Shown here piece after piece: positions 1-12,700 of a stretch of 64,000 nt of DNA. Location of the stretch: positions 39,097,644-39,161,643 of the forward strand of contig NC_057732.1 of the NCBI RefSeq assembly GCF_004010195.1, written 5' to 3'. Under the pieces are notes generated by a model. It ran no database searches and was not told where the DNA came from. It was given only the letters and a program-made list of their open reading frames with translations. Source of the DNA: Chiloscyllium plagiosum (lineage: Eukaryota). The position numbers and the translations under genes were made by a program. The first letter of the stretch is position 1; each line of letters opens with the position of its first letter.

Positions 1-1190
1 CAAATATGTGAATCCTTCTCCCATACACCAGCTCCTCAGCTATGCATTCATCTGCTCTATCCTCCTATACCTGCCCTCACTAGCTCGTAGCACCGGGAGT
101 AATCCAGATATTACTACCCTTGAGGACCTCCTTTTTAAATTTCTGCCTAACTCTCTGTAATCTCCCTTCAGAATCTCAACCCTTTCCCTTCCAATGTGGT
201 TCCAATGTGGACAATGACCTCCTGCTGGTCCCTCTCCCCCATGAGAACATTCTGCACCTTCTCTGAGACATCCTTTCCTTGATCCTGGCACCAGGGAAAC
301 AACACACTATTCTGTTTTTTCTCTGCTGGCCACAGAAATGTCTGTCTGTACCTCAGACTATAGAATCTCCTCACACAATTGATCTCTTGGAAGCCGACGT
401 ACTCCTCGTTGCATTAGTCTTAATATCAGAAACTTGGCTGTTCGTGCTATGTTCCCCTGAGAATCCATCACCCCTCCACCACATTTTCCAAAACAGCATA
501 CCTGTTTGAAATGGGTATATCCACAAAAGACTCCTGCCCTAGGTGCTGCCCTCTCTTACCCTTCCTGGAGTTAACCCATCTATGTGACTGTATCTGAGAC
601 TTTCCCCCCTTCCTATAACTGCCACCCATCACATACAGTTGTTGTTGCAAATTCCTCATCACTTCTATCTGTCTCTCCAACTGATCCACTCAATCTGATA
701 AGATTCGCATCCAACAGCATTTATGATAGATATAATCCGCAGTAACCCTTAAACTCTCTTTAAACTCTCACATCTGACAAGAAGTAATATCACTACAAAG
801 GCCATTTTTGCTCCTTCACAATCTACAGACCCAGAAAATAACACCGTCTTATTCCTTGACAAAACACTACACCAGGTTGAATTAATAGCTATGGCTTATA
901 TTTTAAGTTTAATCAAGAGACTTATCAACAAAAACATATAATCAAGAAAGAACCCACTGTACTCACTAATACAGCCTTTCTCTTGGACAGACTTAAAACA
1001 ACAATTAACTTATCTGGTTCTGTGTTGTGAAGTTCGCCCAAACCGGTTCCTCCAAGATTAGTTGTGAAATTCACTGTTTGTTAATTTTCCCAGATGCACT
1101 CCGATGTCCAGCGACACATGAATTCAAAAACAGCAAAGGCAGTAACTGTGCAGGTTCTCTCTCTCTCTCCTGCACTGACCTCACCATGTG
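1..1190 (-). mobile_element. CR1-type LINE 5' part (ORF1, SGNH-esterase-like), decayed
   Basis: Minus-strand ORF fragments 'GERDQQEVIVHIGTT', 'DYRELGRNLKRRSSRVVISGLLPV...RIEQMNA' and a coiled-coil 'MDQLERQIEVMRNLQ' match CR1 ORF1 esterase motifs; frameshifted. Right boundary approximate. Confidence 0.8.
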
Positions 1191-1499
1191 CCAAGGAAGG
1201 GCTTAGTGAGATAGGGGCCAAGTTCTGGCAAATGGGACTAGATTAGGTTAGCTTATCTGGTCAGCATGGACAAGTTGGACCAAAGGGTCTGTTTCTGTGC
1301 TGTACACTTCTATGACTTTATGCCTGATCCAACATTCCTCATGTCCACTTTCCTGCCCTTTCCCCGTAACTGTTGATTCCCCAACTAATCAAGAATCTAT
1401 CTCAGCCTTAAATATGCACATGGTTTCACCTGCAAGTTTTACTCCCTTCTCAACTAACTCTCAGTGCCAAGAGTATGACAAGATGCATGGCCAATAATT

Positions 1500-1828
1500 C
1501 ACCAAGGCCTCTTTGGTAGCACCTTCCAACCCTGCTACTTTTACCACTGAGAAGGATAAGGACAGCAGAAGCATGAGAATATTACTATCTACAAGTTCCT
1601 CACCAAATCACATACCATCCTGACTTGTAACCGTATCACCATTCCTTCTCTGATATTGAGTCAGAATCCTAGAACTCCCTTTCTAACAGCTCAGTGGATG
1701 TCTATACACTCCAAGGACTGCAGTGATTTAAGAAGGTAGTTCACTACCATCTTCTCAAGGTCAGATAGGGATGAGCAATAAATACCAACCTAGCCAGCTG
1801 TGCCCACCTCCCATGAATGAATAAAAGA
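1500..1828 (+). mobile_element. LINE/SINE 3'-end fragment of a common shark repeat
   Basis: 'caccatcctgacttg...ccttc...caaagtcctggaactccct...ggttcaagaaggcagctcaccacc' type tail; related copies at ~21460-21710 and ~39040-39250. Confidence 0.55.
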
Positions 1829-3681
1829 AATGTCTTTTAGAAAACCAGAGGATGCAATCTCTCAGCATCAACCCTGTCAAACTCTCTCAGACACTTAAGT
1901 GTTTCAATCAAATCACCTCTCAATATTCTAACCTTCTTAGAATATAACCCCATTCCACTCAATCTCTTTTCACCAGATAACCCTTTCATTCTAGGTATCA
2001 ATTAGTGAATCTACACTGCATCCCCTCTAAGGTAAACAAAACTTTCCATAGGTAGAGAAATAAAAAAACATATAATAGGTACATCAGTTGTGGTTTCATT
2101 AAATCCATGTACATTTGCAGCAAGACTTCCTTACTCCTATCAGAAATGACATGCTTTGTGACTGAACAGGATTCTGCAATGGTAATGCCATTGAATATCA
2201 GGTGGTTAGATTGTTATTTGTTGGAGGTGGTCTCGTTTGACACATGTTGGGGTTAGTGTACTTGCCATTTATCAACCCATTGCATGTAACAAGATTAACT
2301 GAAATAAGACAAATAAAAACAGAAACTATATCCATCAGAATCTGAAAAGGTTTATAGTAGTTTAAGATTTAAAGTATAAATTCTTTTTCAGAATGGATCT
2401 TTGTGGGAAGCGTTAATTGGTTTCTTCTCTTCAGCTGCGAGTGGCCATATTTGTATTTCCATTAATTATATACTCTTATTACAAATGTGTGAAGATGTGG
2501 ACATAAGAAAACTGGAATAAGAAAATCAAGAGACACAAAAATAAGTTACACTTAATCATAATTAATTAAAAAGAGAGAGAACGAGAAATATTAAGAAGAT
2601 AAAAAGCTGACAAAAATGAAATGGGCAAACTAGTGGTGTTCATAATTCGTGCAACTCAGCAGGTGGTGTATTCAGAAGCAACAAAAAAACTGTAAGAGAT
2701 AAATAAATAGCAAGCTCAAGGTTCTTGAAGAAAAGTGTAACTCTTATCTATGCATTAACCACATCAATTGCTTTTATCTAATTATAATAATGGTAAGAAA
2801 GATGAGAAACTGAAGTTCAATGCTGTCAGACCAGTATTTACTTGTTTAATTATAGCAGTGATAAGTCTGTCATTCCATGAACACTGGAATTGTATCAAGA
2901 TTAAATTTTAACAGCATCTTGCAATTTTATCTACAATTTTTCTTTCAGAGAAATGATCAATCCAGTATGCCTCTACTTCATTGAAGAAGAATCATACTAG
3001 ACTCAAACCCTTAATTCTATTTCTCTCCACAGATGCTGCCAGACCTGCAGAGTTTCTCCAGCATTTTCTTTGTTTGTTTTAGATTTAGATTTCCTTTTAA
3101 TAAATCTACAGTAAATCACCTACACGTGCCAAAACATAAGTAACAACAAAAATCAACATCCACAGGCAAAAATCATGTATCTGTGAAATTTTAACTATTT
3201 TAGCCAATTTTAATGAGCTCAGCACTCAGGAATTTCATCATTCACAGGGATTCTCAGGAATGGAACCTTTGCAAATTTGGAGGACTACAGTAGCAATGTG
3301 AGGACAGCTTACAACTTCAGTTATTTATCTGCATGAAGTTTTCTGTTGTAACCAATTGAAACCTTTATTGTTTTTGAATAACAGGGAAGATTTACTCACA
3401 AAATGTTAAGTATAGACAGCATTTCAGGTCCAGCGACCCTTCTTCAGAACTGATCTGTCAAGTTGTTGCAGCAATTTCTGTTTTTGTTTCTGATTTCACG
3501 CAGCTGCAGTTCTTTCGCCTTTTTTCAGTCTTTCATATCAGGAATACTCTGTCATCCCCTTGTGGCCATACCTGCTACTTACATTCATTCCAGGTCCTTG
3601 ATTGACCATAATCCGCTTAAGTGGCCTGAAGATTGGCCACCTTTGACTTTCAGATGTAGCATTTTGGTTGATGCACATGTA

Positions 3682-3842
3682 CAGAGGAACCTCGATTATC
3701 CGAATTTTGGATTATCCGAACAAAGTCGCAAGGTCCCGATGCTTGGCTAAACAGTGTTATCCAGCATTCAACTATTTGAACATTCGATTATCCAAACTAA
3801 ATACTCCCTGCCCGTCACGTTTGGATAATCGTGGTTCCTCTG
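3682..3842. mobile_element. Non-autonomous Tc1/mariner-pogo (Tigger-like) MITE
   Basis: Terminal inverted repeats CAGAGGAACCTCGATTATCC ... GGATAATCGTGGTTCCTCTG, flanked by TA on both sides (3680-3681, 3843-3844); internal GATTATCC repeats. Confidence 0.85.
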
Positions 3843-4110
3843 TACCGTGTTTGCTGCATAAGCTACTGCCATATTTTGTAGGTGTGAAATTAATGGAGCA
3901 TAGTGCTGTACAGCCACATGACCAACCCTTGCCTGTTCATCGCTGTAAGACATAACAAGCTGCCTGGCTTTCTGTCTCTTCTAAAAGGTAAAGCAGAGAT
4001 GTTGTGAGCTATATAACTACAAAGTGAGTGAATGCTAAAAAAGCCAGTTAAGAGTCCTAAGAAGCATCCTATTCTGACATAAGAGATAGGTGCCTGTCTG
4101 TGCTCAAAAC

Positions 4111-4592
4111 CATGATGGGGAGGTGCCAGTGTTAGACTGGGGTTGAAAAATCACACAACACCAGATTATAGTCCAACAGGTTTATTTCCATTATGACATT
4201 TAAACTAATTTGTAATGCAGTTCAACAATTCACTACTGCACTTTGGAGCTCGTTGACATTTTACATTGTAATTCTGCTAATCGAAACCTGCATCCCCATT
4301 CCAAGTGATTAAAGACTTAACAGCCATCTAGGTTTTTCTAATACATCACATCAGTTATTTGGCACTTTGATCTTTCACTTATAAATTCTGTGTCCTATAT
4401 CCTGCCCCACGAGTTACCTGAAGAAGGCCATGATGCGGAGGTGCTGGTGTTGGACTGGGGGGTGGACAAAATTAAAAATCTTACAACACTAGGTGATAGT
4501 CCAACAGATGTATTTGGAATTAGGTAACTAGTGGGGCAGGATCATATGAAACTGAATTTAGAGCAAAAGATCATAGTGCCATACAACTGATA
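4111..4592. mobile_element. Penelope-like element terminal-repeat fragments, direct and inverted
   Basis: The ~4111-4190 block recurs at ~4429-4520, and ~4350-4420 is the reverse complement of ~4522-4592. The same family occurs at 18460-18660 and 42560-42690. Confidence 0.55.
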
Positions 4593-4595
4593 CAT

Positions 4596-4893
4596 GGCAT
4601 GATGGCTCAGTGGTTAGCACTGCTGCCTCGCAGTCCCAGGTTCGATTCCAGCCTTGGGTGACTGTCTGCGTGGAGTTTGCACATTCTCCCTGTGTCTGCG
4701 TAGGTTTCATCTGGGTGCTCTGGTTTCCTCTCACAGTCCAAAGATGTGCAGGCCAGGTGAATTGGCCATGCTAAATTGCCCATAGTGTTAATTGCATTGG
4801 TCTAGGTGGGTTACTCTTCGGTGGGTTGGTCTGGACTGGTTGGGCCGAAGGGCCTGTTTCCACACTGTAGGGAATCTAATCTAATCTAATCTA
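4596..4893 (+). mobile_element. HE1-type tRNA-derived SINE
   Basis: A box TGGCTCAGTGG, B box GGTTCGATTCC, core 'tgcgtggagtttgcacattctccc', tail 'gggcctgtttccacactgta' followed by (TCTAA)n. Confidence 0.9.
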
Positions 4894-6337
4894 CCTGATG
4901 AAGGAGCAGTGCTCCGAAAGCTAGTATTTTGTTTTATGCCACTGTTTAGGACAGCAACTTATGGAATTGGAGGTCAATGTGTCTGTAAGCAAATCATTGT
5001 GCATGGAACCTTCAAACAGTTGCACTGGAGGAGTCTGGTGAGTTGGTTCCTCTGCAGATGCAGGGTACCCTGAGATGTTGGGAAGGATTGGCCTAGGTGG
5101 ATGTTTGAAGAAAACAGTGGTGAACTGTAGTCATGACATGACCTCTGTGACATTCAAGTCCAGATTTGGCACATTGCATTGTAGGCTGAAAGTGCCTAAC
5201 TAGTTCTTTAAGGTCTGATCAATGTGCATCCAAGATGACATGTATACTTAGAAATAAAGCAAATTTATTAGCTTAATCTAATTTAGATATATAAGTGAAT
5301 CTGCCAGCTTAAACCACTTTAGATATATTCAACAAGTGAGTCTCACTGCCTTCTGCCTGTTAGGGACAGCTGGGTGATGGCTGGCACATGGATATCTACC
5401 TCACTTTCCATGGGTCTGGTCTATGCACCCAGTCCAACGGTAAAAGATCTCCCCAGGCTGGGAGAAATCCACAGTATTAATACCATTCTGAGTCTGATAT
5501 TATGTGTTGTGTTTTATTAGATTAGATTAGATTCCCCACAGTGTGGAAACAGGCCCTTCGCCCCAACAAATCCACACCGACCATCCAAAGAGTAACCCAC
5601 CTAGATCCATGTGTTGCCATTCCTGAGTACTTTCCAATGCATTCCTCTCTGCTTGGTGGTCACAACCAAATCCAGGTGTCACTGCAAAATAGTCTGTTGC
5701 CAAGCCAAGGCAAGATTATTGTAGGCAAGATTATTGTAGGCAAAATATGCTGCTTTCTATTCAGCCTGATTTTCATGTATTTTCCTTAAATTGCTTATTG
5801 CCATATCCAATTAACCCTTAATGATTAACTGTTAACAATCTGGTTTGGAGATAAGCCTAACACTACAACAGTTTAGTTTATCTCCAACACCTGAGAAAAC
5901 CAACTTACATGCAAATCAGGAACTTTTTTTTAGATATATTGGTGTTGATTAGGTAATGAGATGTTAATATATGCAAATAAGCCTCTCCCTGTTCACTAGC
6001 AAGAATCTAATTTAGCCATTGAAAACTCAAATGGAAAATTGGATGATTTTTCTTGATATCAAGAATCTTATTTTTTCATTCTCCCCGTATCTTCTCAACT
6101 GTCTTATCATTGCTGACATTGTTTAGAAGCTGGGAAAATTCCACCCATCCTATCTATATCCACCCTGTTTCACATTGTAAGAAATTTGTAAGTTTCAGTT
6201 GGATCATCACTTCTTTGAATATAGCTCCAATTTCCTCAATCTCTCCTCATAAGACAGTCTCACCATCCCAGGAACGAGTGTACCAAATCTTCATTGTACT
6301 CCTTGAACGGTAAGTATATCTTTCTGTAACTTTTTGT

Positions 6338-6655
6338 GGGCGGCACGGTGGCACAGTGGTTAGCACTGTTGCCTCACAGCGCCAGAGACCCGGGTTCAAT
6401 TCCCGCCTCAGGCGACTGACTGTGTGGAGTTTGCACGTTCTCCCTGTGTCTGCGTGGGTTTCCTTCGGGTGCTCCGGTTTCCTCCCACAGTCCAAAGATG
6501 TGCAGGTCAGGTGAATTGACCATGCTAAATTGCCCGTAGTGTTAGGTAAGGGGTAAATGTAGGGGTATGGGTGGGTTGTGCTTCGGTGGGTCGGTGTGGA
6601 CTTGTTGGGCTGAAGGGCCTGTTTCCACACTGTAATGTAATCTAATCTAATCTAA
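6338..6655 (+). mobile_element. HE1-type tRNA-derived SINE (young, CpG-intact)
   Basis: GGGCGGCACGGTGGCACAGTGG...GGTTCAATTCC...(TCTAA)3; inserted into an older minus-strand CR1 remnant (~6050-6820). Confidence 0.92.
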
Positions 6656-7364
6656 GGAGACCAAAATCCCATCCCCCCCAAACTACTCAAGGTCTGGTCT
6701 AACCAAAGCTCTGTACAATTGCAGGAAGATATTTTTTCCTTCTGAGCTCAAATCCCTTCACATTGAAGGCCAAAATAGCATTTTCCTTCCTAATTGCTTG
6801 CTACATCTGCTTGCTAACTTTTAGGGGAGGTGATGGCCCAGTGGTATTAATGCTAGACTATTAATCCAGAAAACTCAGCTAACGTTCTGGTGACCTGGGT
6901 TCAAATTCTGTCACAGTAGGTGGTGGAATCTGAATTCAATTAAAAGCATGAAATCATTGCTCATTCTTGGAAAAACCCATGTAGTTCACTATTGCCTTTC
7001 AGGGAAGGAAATCTGGCATCCTAACCTGGTCTGGCCAACATGTGACTCCAGATTCGAGAGTATGGTGCTGGAAAAGCACAGCAGGTCAGGCAGCATCTGA
7101 GGAGCCCTTTATCAGGACTCCATACTCCAGACTCACAGGAATGGGATTGACTCTTAATTGCCCTTTGAAACAGCCTAACAAGCCATTCAGTTGCACCACT
7201 CATTATAAAGTCTCAAAGAAATGAAACCAGACAGATCACCTGGTATCAAGATAGGACACTGGAAATGACAATGGAAGAAACAGCCCTGTTGACTTGCAAA
7301 AGCTTGACGGAATCATACCTTACAGTCAATGTCCCAGACACCACCATCACCAGCAGGACATTCT

Positions 7365-7805
7365 CTGCAGCACAGCATAGGCTGGTGTAGCCTGGAGTAG
7401 AACACTTTTGCAGCGGCATGGTGTGGGTTGGGAAGCCTGGAGTGGGATACTGTTTTGGAGGCTTGGCAGGAACTCTCCAGAGTGGGACCCTCTCTTGGCG
7501 ACAAGGCAGGAGCTGGTGCAGCCCAGAGTGGGACACTCTATTGGTGGACGTGTACAAGCTGGTTCAGCCAAGAGTGGGACACTATTGGCGAGATATGTGG
7601 GCTCGTGCAGCCGGAGTGGGATACTGTCTTGGTGACATAGTGTGGACTGGTGTAGCCTGGAGTGGGACACTCTTTGGTGACATGGTGTAGGCTGGTGCAA
7701 CCCGGAGTGGGATTCTCTCTTAGCGACATGGTGTGAGCTGGTGCAGCCCAGAGTGGGACACTGTCATGGTGACATGGTGGGAGCTGGGATGCCCAGAGAG
7801 GGACA
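7365..7805. repeat. GC-rich minisatellite, ~40-bp unit, ~11 diverged copies
   Basis: Recurrent 'gctggtgcagcc(c/t)ggagtgggacactctcttgg(c/t)gacatggtgt'; it accounts for the stack of overlapping ORFs at 7246-7729. Confidence 0.85.
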
Positions 7806-8789
7806 GTAGTAGTGGTATGTTATAATAGTGGAGAAAAAAAGCTGGATTCTCTTAAAGTTTTTTTTTCTATTCTAAGTTAATGTGAATGGCGCTCATGTAC
7901 AAGCAACTTCACACACTTTTCACTGTATATATTGAATGCACACGACAATAAAGGATATTCATTTATGCATCACCCTCCCTGGATATGTCCTGTCCCACTA
8001 GCAGGACCGCCTGGCAGAGGTGGCAGCAGAGTGGAATACAGTAAAGAGGGAGTTGCCCTGGAACACTTCAACATTGACTCTGGATCTCATGAAGTCTTGT
8101 GGCTTCAGGTTAAACATGAGCAAGGAACCCTCCTGCTGATTACCATGTACCACCCTACCTGAGTTGATGAATCAACACTTGTTGAACTGAGGATGGCAAG
8201 GGCACAAAATGTACTCTGGTTGGGGGATTGCAATGTCCACCTCCAAGAGTGGCTTGGCAGCGGTACTATGAATCAAGATGTTTGGGTTCTAAAGCTATTA
8301 GACTGGGTCTGCAGCAGATGGTGAGGGAAGCAACAAGAGGGAAAAACATACTTTATCTCATCCTCACTAATCTGATAACTGCAGTTGTATCTATACTTGA
8401 CAGTATTGGTAGGATTGATCACTGAACAATCTATGTGAAGATGAAGTTCTGCCTTCACATTGAGAACAGCCTCCATCGTGTTGTGTGGCACTATCACCAT
8501 GCTAAATGGGACAGATTTCAAAAAGATCCAGCAACTCAAGACTGGGCATCTATGAGGTACTGCAGGCCATCATCAGCAACAGAATAGTACTGCAACACAA
8601 TCTGCAATTTTGTGGCCTTGCATATCCCCCACTCGTTCATTACCATAAGGCCAGGGGATCAACCATGGTTCAATGAACAGTACAGGAGGGCAGGCCAGGA
8701 GCAGCACCAGGATATCTGAAGATGAGGTGTCAACCTGATGAAGCCACCAAACAGGACTATTTGCATGCCAAATAGCATGAGCAGCAAGT

Positions 8790-9797
8790 GAATTGGATTG
8801 AATTGAATTTATTGTCATGTGTACTGAGACACAGTGAAAAGCTTTGTCTTGCGTGCAATACGGGCAGATCTCAGAGTTAAGTAGCATAGATAAGTAAATA
8901 ATAACAAAAACAAAGGTACAGGCAAATGTAACAAGTTTGTGAGTCCATTCAGTATTCTTAGAACTGTAGGGTAGAAACTGTTTTGAAACCGACTAGTGTG
9001 TATGTTCAGGCTTCTGACTCTTCTCCCCAGTAGTAGAGGTTGTAGAAAAACATTGCCAGGGTGGGATGGATCTTTGAGAATGCTGGCAGCCTTTCCTTGA
9101 CAGCGGGCCTGTAAATGGAGTCTATAAATGGGAGGTTAGCCTTTGTGATTGTCCAGGCCATGTTCACCACTCTCTGTAACTGTCTCCAGTCTTGAATGGT
9201 ACAGTTGCTATATCAGGTAGTGATGCATCCGGACAGAATGCTCTCGATGACGCACCTATAAAAGTTGGAAAGAGTATTCTCCATCATGCCAAATTTCCTC
9301 AGCTGCCTGAGGAAGAAGAGACATTGTTGAGCTTTTGTAACCAGTGCATCCACATGAAGAGTCCAAGAAAACTTGTTGTGGATGACCACTCCCAGGAGCT
9401 TGACACTCTCCACTCGTTCCAGTTCTTTAAAATAAATTACACAATTATGAACACTGATTGCTACTCATTCCATTTTTCCAGGTCTTCCACCTCTTGTCTG
9501 TAGTCTGTTTCGTTGCCATCTGAGATTCGACCGACTATGGTGATATCATCAGCAAACTTGTAAATGGCATAAGTCTGGTATTTAGCAATGCAGTCATGGG
9601 TATACAGTGAGTACAATAGGGGACTTAGTACGCACCCCTGGGGGGCTCCAGTGTTGAGTGTTAATGAGGATGAAATATTGTCCCCAATCTTCACTGATTG
9701 TGGCCTGGGGGTCAGGAAACTGAGAATCCAGTTGCAGAGAGTGGGGCTTAGTCTGAGATCACTAAGTTTAGTAATCAGTCTCGAGGGGATAATAGTG
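8790..9797 (-). mobile_element. Rex1/Babar-type LINE 3' half (RT)
   Basis: '[58 protein letters not shown]' and 'VESVKLLGV..FLRQLRKFG..NFYRCVIESILSGCIT'. Confidence 0.85.
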
Positions 9798-12700
9798 ACA
9801 GACAAAGCTAAACAATCCCAGCACCAGATCTAAGTTCTGCAGTCCTGCCAAATCCATTTATGAATGGTGGTGGACAATTAAACAACTCACTGGAGGAGGA
9901 AACTCCACAAATATCCCAATTCTCAATGATGGAAGGGCCGAGCACTTCAGTGCAAAAAATAAGGTTGAAGCTTTTGCAGCAATCTTTAACCTGAAGTGCC
10001 GAGTGGATGATCCATCTTGGCTTTTCCAATGGACCCAGCATTACAGATACCAGTCTTCAGCCAATTCAATCTATGTGATAGCAAGAAACAGCTGGAGACA
10101 TTGAATACTGCAAGGGCTACAGGCCCTGACAACATTGTAGCAATAGTACTAAAGACATGTGCCCCAGAACTTGCCATTCCCCAAGAGAAGTTGTTCCAGT
10201 ACAGTTAACTGACAATGTGGAAAATTGCCGAGGTATGTCCTGTCCATAAAAAGCTGGACAAATCCAACCCATCCAATTACTGCCCCATCAGTCTACTCTC
10301 GATCATCAGTAAAGAGATGGGAGGTGTCATTGACAGTGGTATCAAGCAACACCTGCTCAGCAATAACCTGCTCAGTGACACCAAGTTTGGGTTCTGCCAG
10401 GGCCACTCAGCTCCTGACCTCATTACAGCCTTGGTTCAAGCATGGACACTGTCTTGGTGACATAGTGTGGACTGGTGTAGCCTGGAGTGGGTTTCTTTTT
10501 ACCTAGACTCCGCCCTTACGTTTCTCACTAGCTTTCATTTCTATTATCTTCTTCCTATTTTTTTCTTATGTTTTTCTGAATTCCAAATCCCTTACAATCC
10601 TCAGGCTTGCCTTTTCCTTCTGGCAATTTTAAGCTATTTCATACGATCGAATGCAGTGCTTAACTTCTTTTGTTAGCCACAATTGATCCTCTCCAGTTGA
10701 GATTTTGGATTGTAGACGAATACTTGTTGTAAAGTACAGACTATATGATACTTCTTTCAATACTAATTATTGTCAGACTACTGTCAAATCTTTAATATAT
10801 TTTACCCATCCACCATAGCCAATTGGTCCTTCTTTTCCTCAGTTATAAAACCATAATTTCAGAATAAATTACATTACATTCAAACTTAATGAAAAGTTAA
10901 AGAAACTTAAAGAAAATATTAAGCTTAAGGAATCTAAGCTGCACAAATCATGAAAATCATGGGCACGAAGCAGATACTTCCACTGCAGACACTATGTACT
11001 TCTGCCACCTTTTCAGGCAGGATATACCCGATCATTGTTACTTAAGTTTAAAATAAACTCTTCATCATTTCCTTTTTCTGTTTCCAATTACCATTAAGCT
11101 GTGAGCTGAGATTAGCAATGCTCTGTTAGTGGAAAAAAGTTTCTCCTTACACACTCAAGCAAAATCCCTCATCATTTGAATATCGTTATTAAACCTTCCA
11201 TAACTGCCTTTGCACCAAAGGAAACAATCCCACTTTTTCCTGTCTCTCCACATAACTGAATTCTCATCCCTGACATCTTGTGCTGAATGTGCTTTGTCTA
11301 CTTTAGCTTGATATTCTTTCTAAGGGACATTGTCCAGAATGGAAAATAGTACCCCGGCTGTGTTCTAACCAGTCATTTGTAAAGATTTACTATTACTTTC
11401 TTGCATTTTCACTCTGTGCTCCATTAATCAAGTCAGTCCCATATGCTTTTACTTTAACAGCTTGATCAAATTGCCACCTTGAAAGATATGACTACACAAT
11501 CTCCCAAAATCCAAACTAAAGGCCACAATAATTCTAATGTATTCCTCTGACTTGTCAAGATCAGTGAATACATTTTCACATGACATCTCCTACTTGTGCA
11601 ACACAATATATTTAATGATCCTCAATGTTCTATGCCCCATTACTTAGCTATTCCCTAACATTCAAGTTTCTTTCCTAACATCCAGATACTCCACCTCATC
11701 CTTACACATTGCTGCTTGCTTGATACCACCTCTCGCTGGCTCTTTACAATTCAAGCTATTCAGCTATGGCTGGCACATTTTCCAAAAATGTGCAATTTAA
11801 CCATGGACATTCTGCTATCTCTCATACAAAGTAGGACAATACTCAATAAAAGGGCCCAGAGCAGAACTGGAGGAGCCTTACAGAGTCTGATTGATCTCTT
11901 CATCAGATGACTAGTTACAGAAGGAAACATTAAGATGAATAGCATTGCTTATTCCTCTTCATAACTCCAGTATACCCTCATTTTGCTGTCTGGCGTATTC
12001 AGCAAGATGCTGATGGTGCAACCACAGACCTCTTGCTTCCTACTCCAATCCCATTCCCTTCTAACAACATTCACCTTCTACATTTCTTCTTTCAGATATC
12101 CAAGATGTGCTGCCTGCACAATCTCAGAACCAAAAGAGGAAGGAAAAGAGCAACACAGTAGTGATGAAAAGGACCTGATACTTGATCTATTCTTTGCAGC
12201 CATAAGATCAGACACTGCTATTACTCTTTCTTAGAGGCTAGCATGGAAGTGTAAACAGCATATCAATGAGCTAGCCAATGGTAAAGGTTATTCATTTGCT
12301 AGTACTTGACAGATGCAATCTGGGAGACAATACTGCTGCTGAGGACTCAGATGAAAACTGAGTGGCATGTAGGAGAGTTCTGAATGAGCAGAGGGCTGAA
12401 TGCATTGACTGACCTGATGGACAATCTATTACTGTCAAGAAACATGGATGATTCCAACTCCAACTTGGTAGAGGGTGGGCTTCATAATTTGTGTTCCATC
12501 GGTCTTGCTACAGACCCAGTGGCACCATCACTCTTGCATCCATGCCTATTATGGCTTTTCTGTGGATAGGTCAACTTTTCTGTATGCTGTAAGAATGCAG
12601 CCACACTCTCTGGGAAGTGGACCAAAATATCTACTCCAAATTACATTCGGGAACTTGACAATAGAAGTTCCATAATTGTTATTCACCTGTAATCAGGGGC

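Larger units (their letters stand above)
6825..10447 (+). mobile_element. Decayed CR1/L2-group LINE (tRNA-like 5' head, APE endonuclease, RT N-terminal half), with nested insertions
   Basis: Fragments 'HEVLWLQVKHEQGTLLLITMYHP', 'ATRGKNILYLILTN', 'ARATGPDNIVAIVLKTCAPELAIP', 'WKIAEVCPVHKKLDKSNPSNYCPISLLSIISK..FGFCQGHS'; truncated at ~10447. Confidence 0.8.

Noticed and set aside
6338-6410. tRNA genes at SINE heads
   Set aside because: A/B boxes are present but continue directly into the SINE body; these are tRNA-derived heads, not functional tRNAs.
6247-6630. Recurring ORFs 'WKQAL..PIHLTCTSLDCGRKPEH..' (also 16583, 19651, 26382, 61842) as a protein family
   Set aside because: They are antisense readings of HE1 SINE copies.
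7365-7805. Regularly spaced ~40-bp repeats resembling a CRISPR array
   Set aside because: The intervening sequences are diverged copies of each other rather than unique spacers; eukaryotic context; no cas genes. It is a minisatellite.
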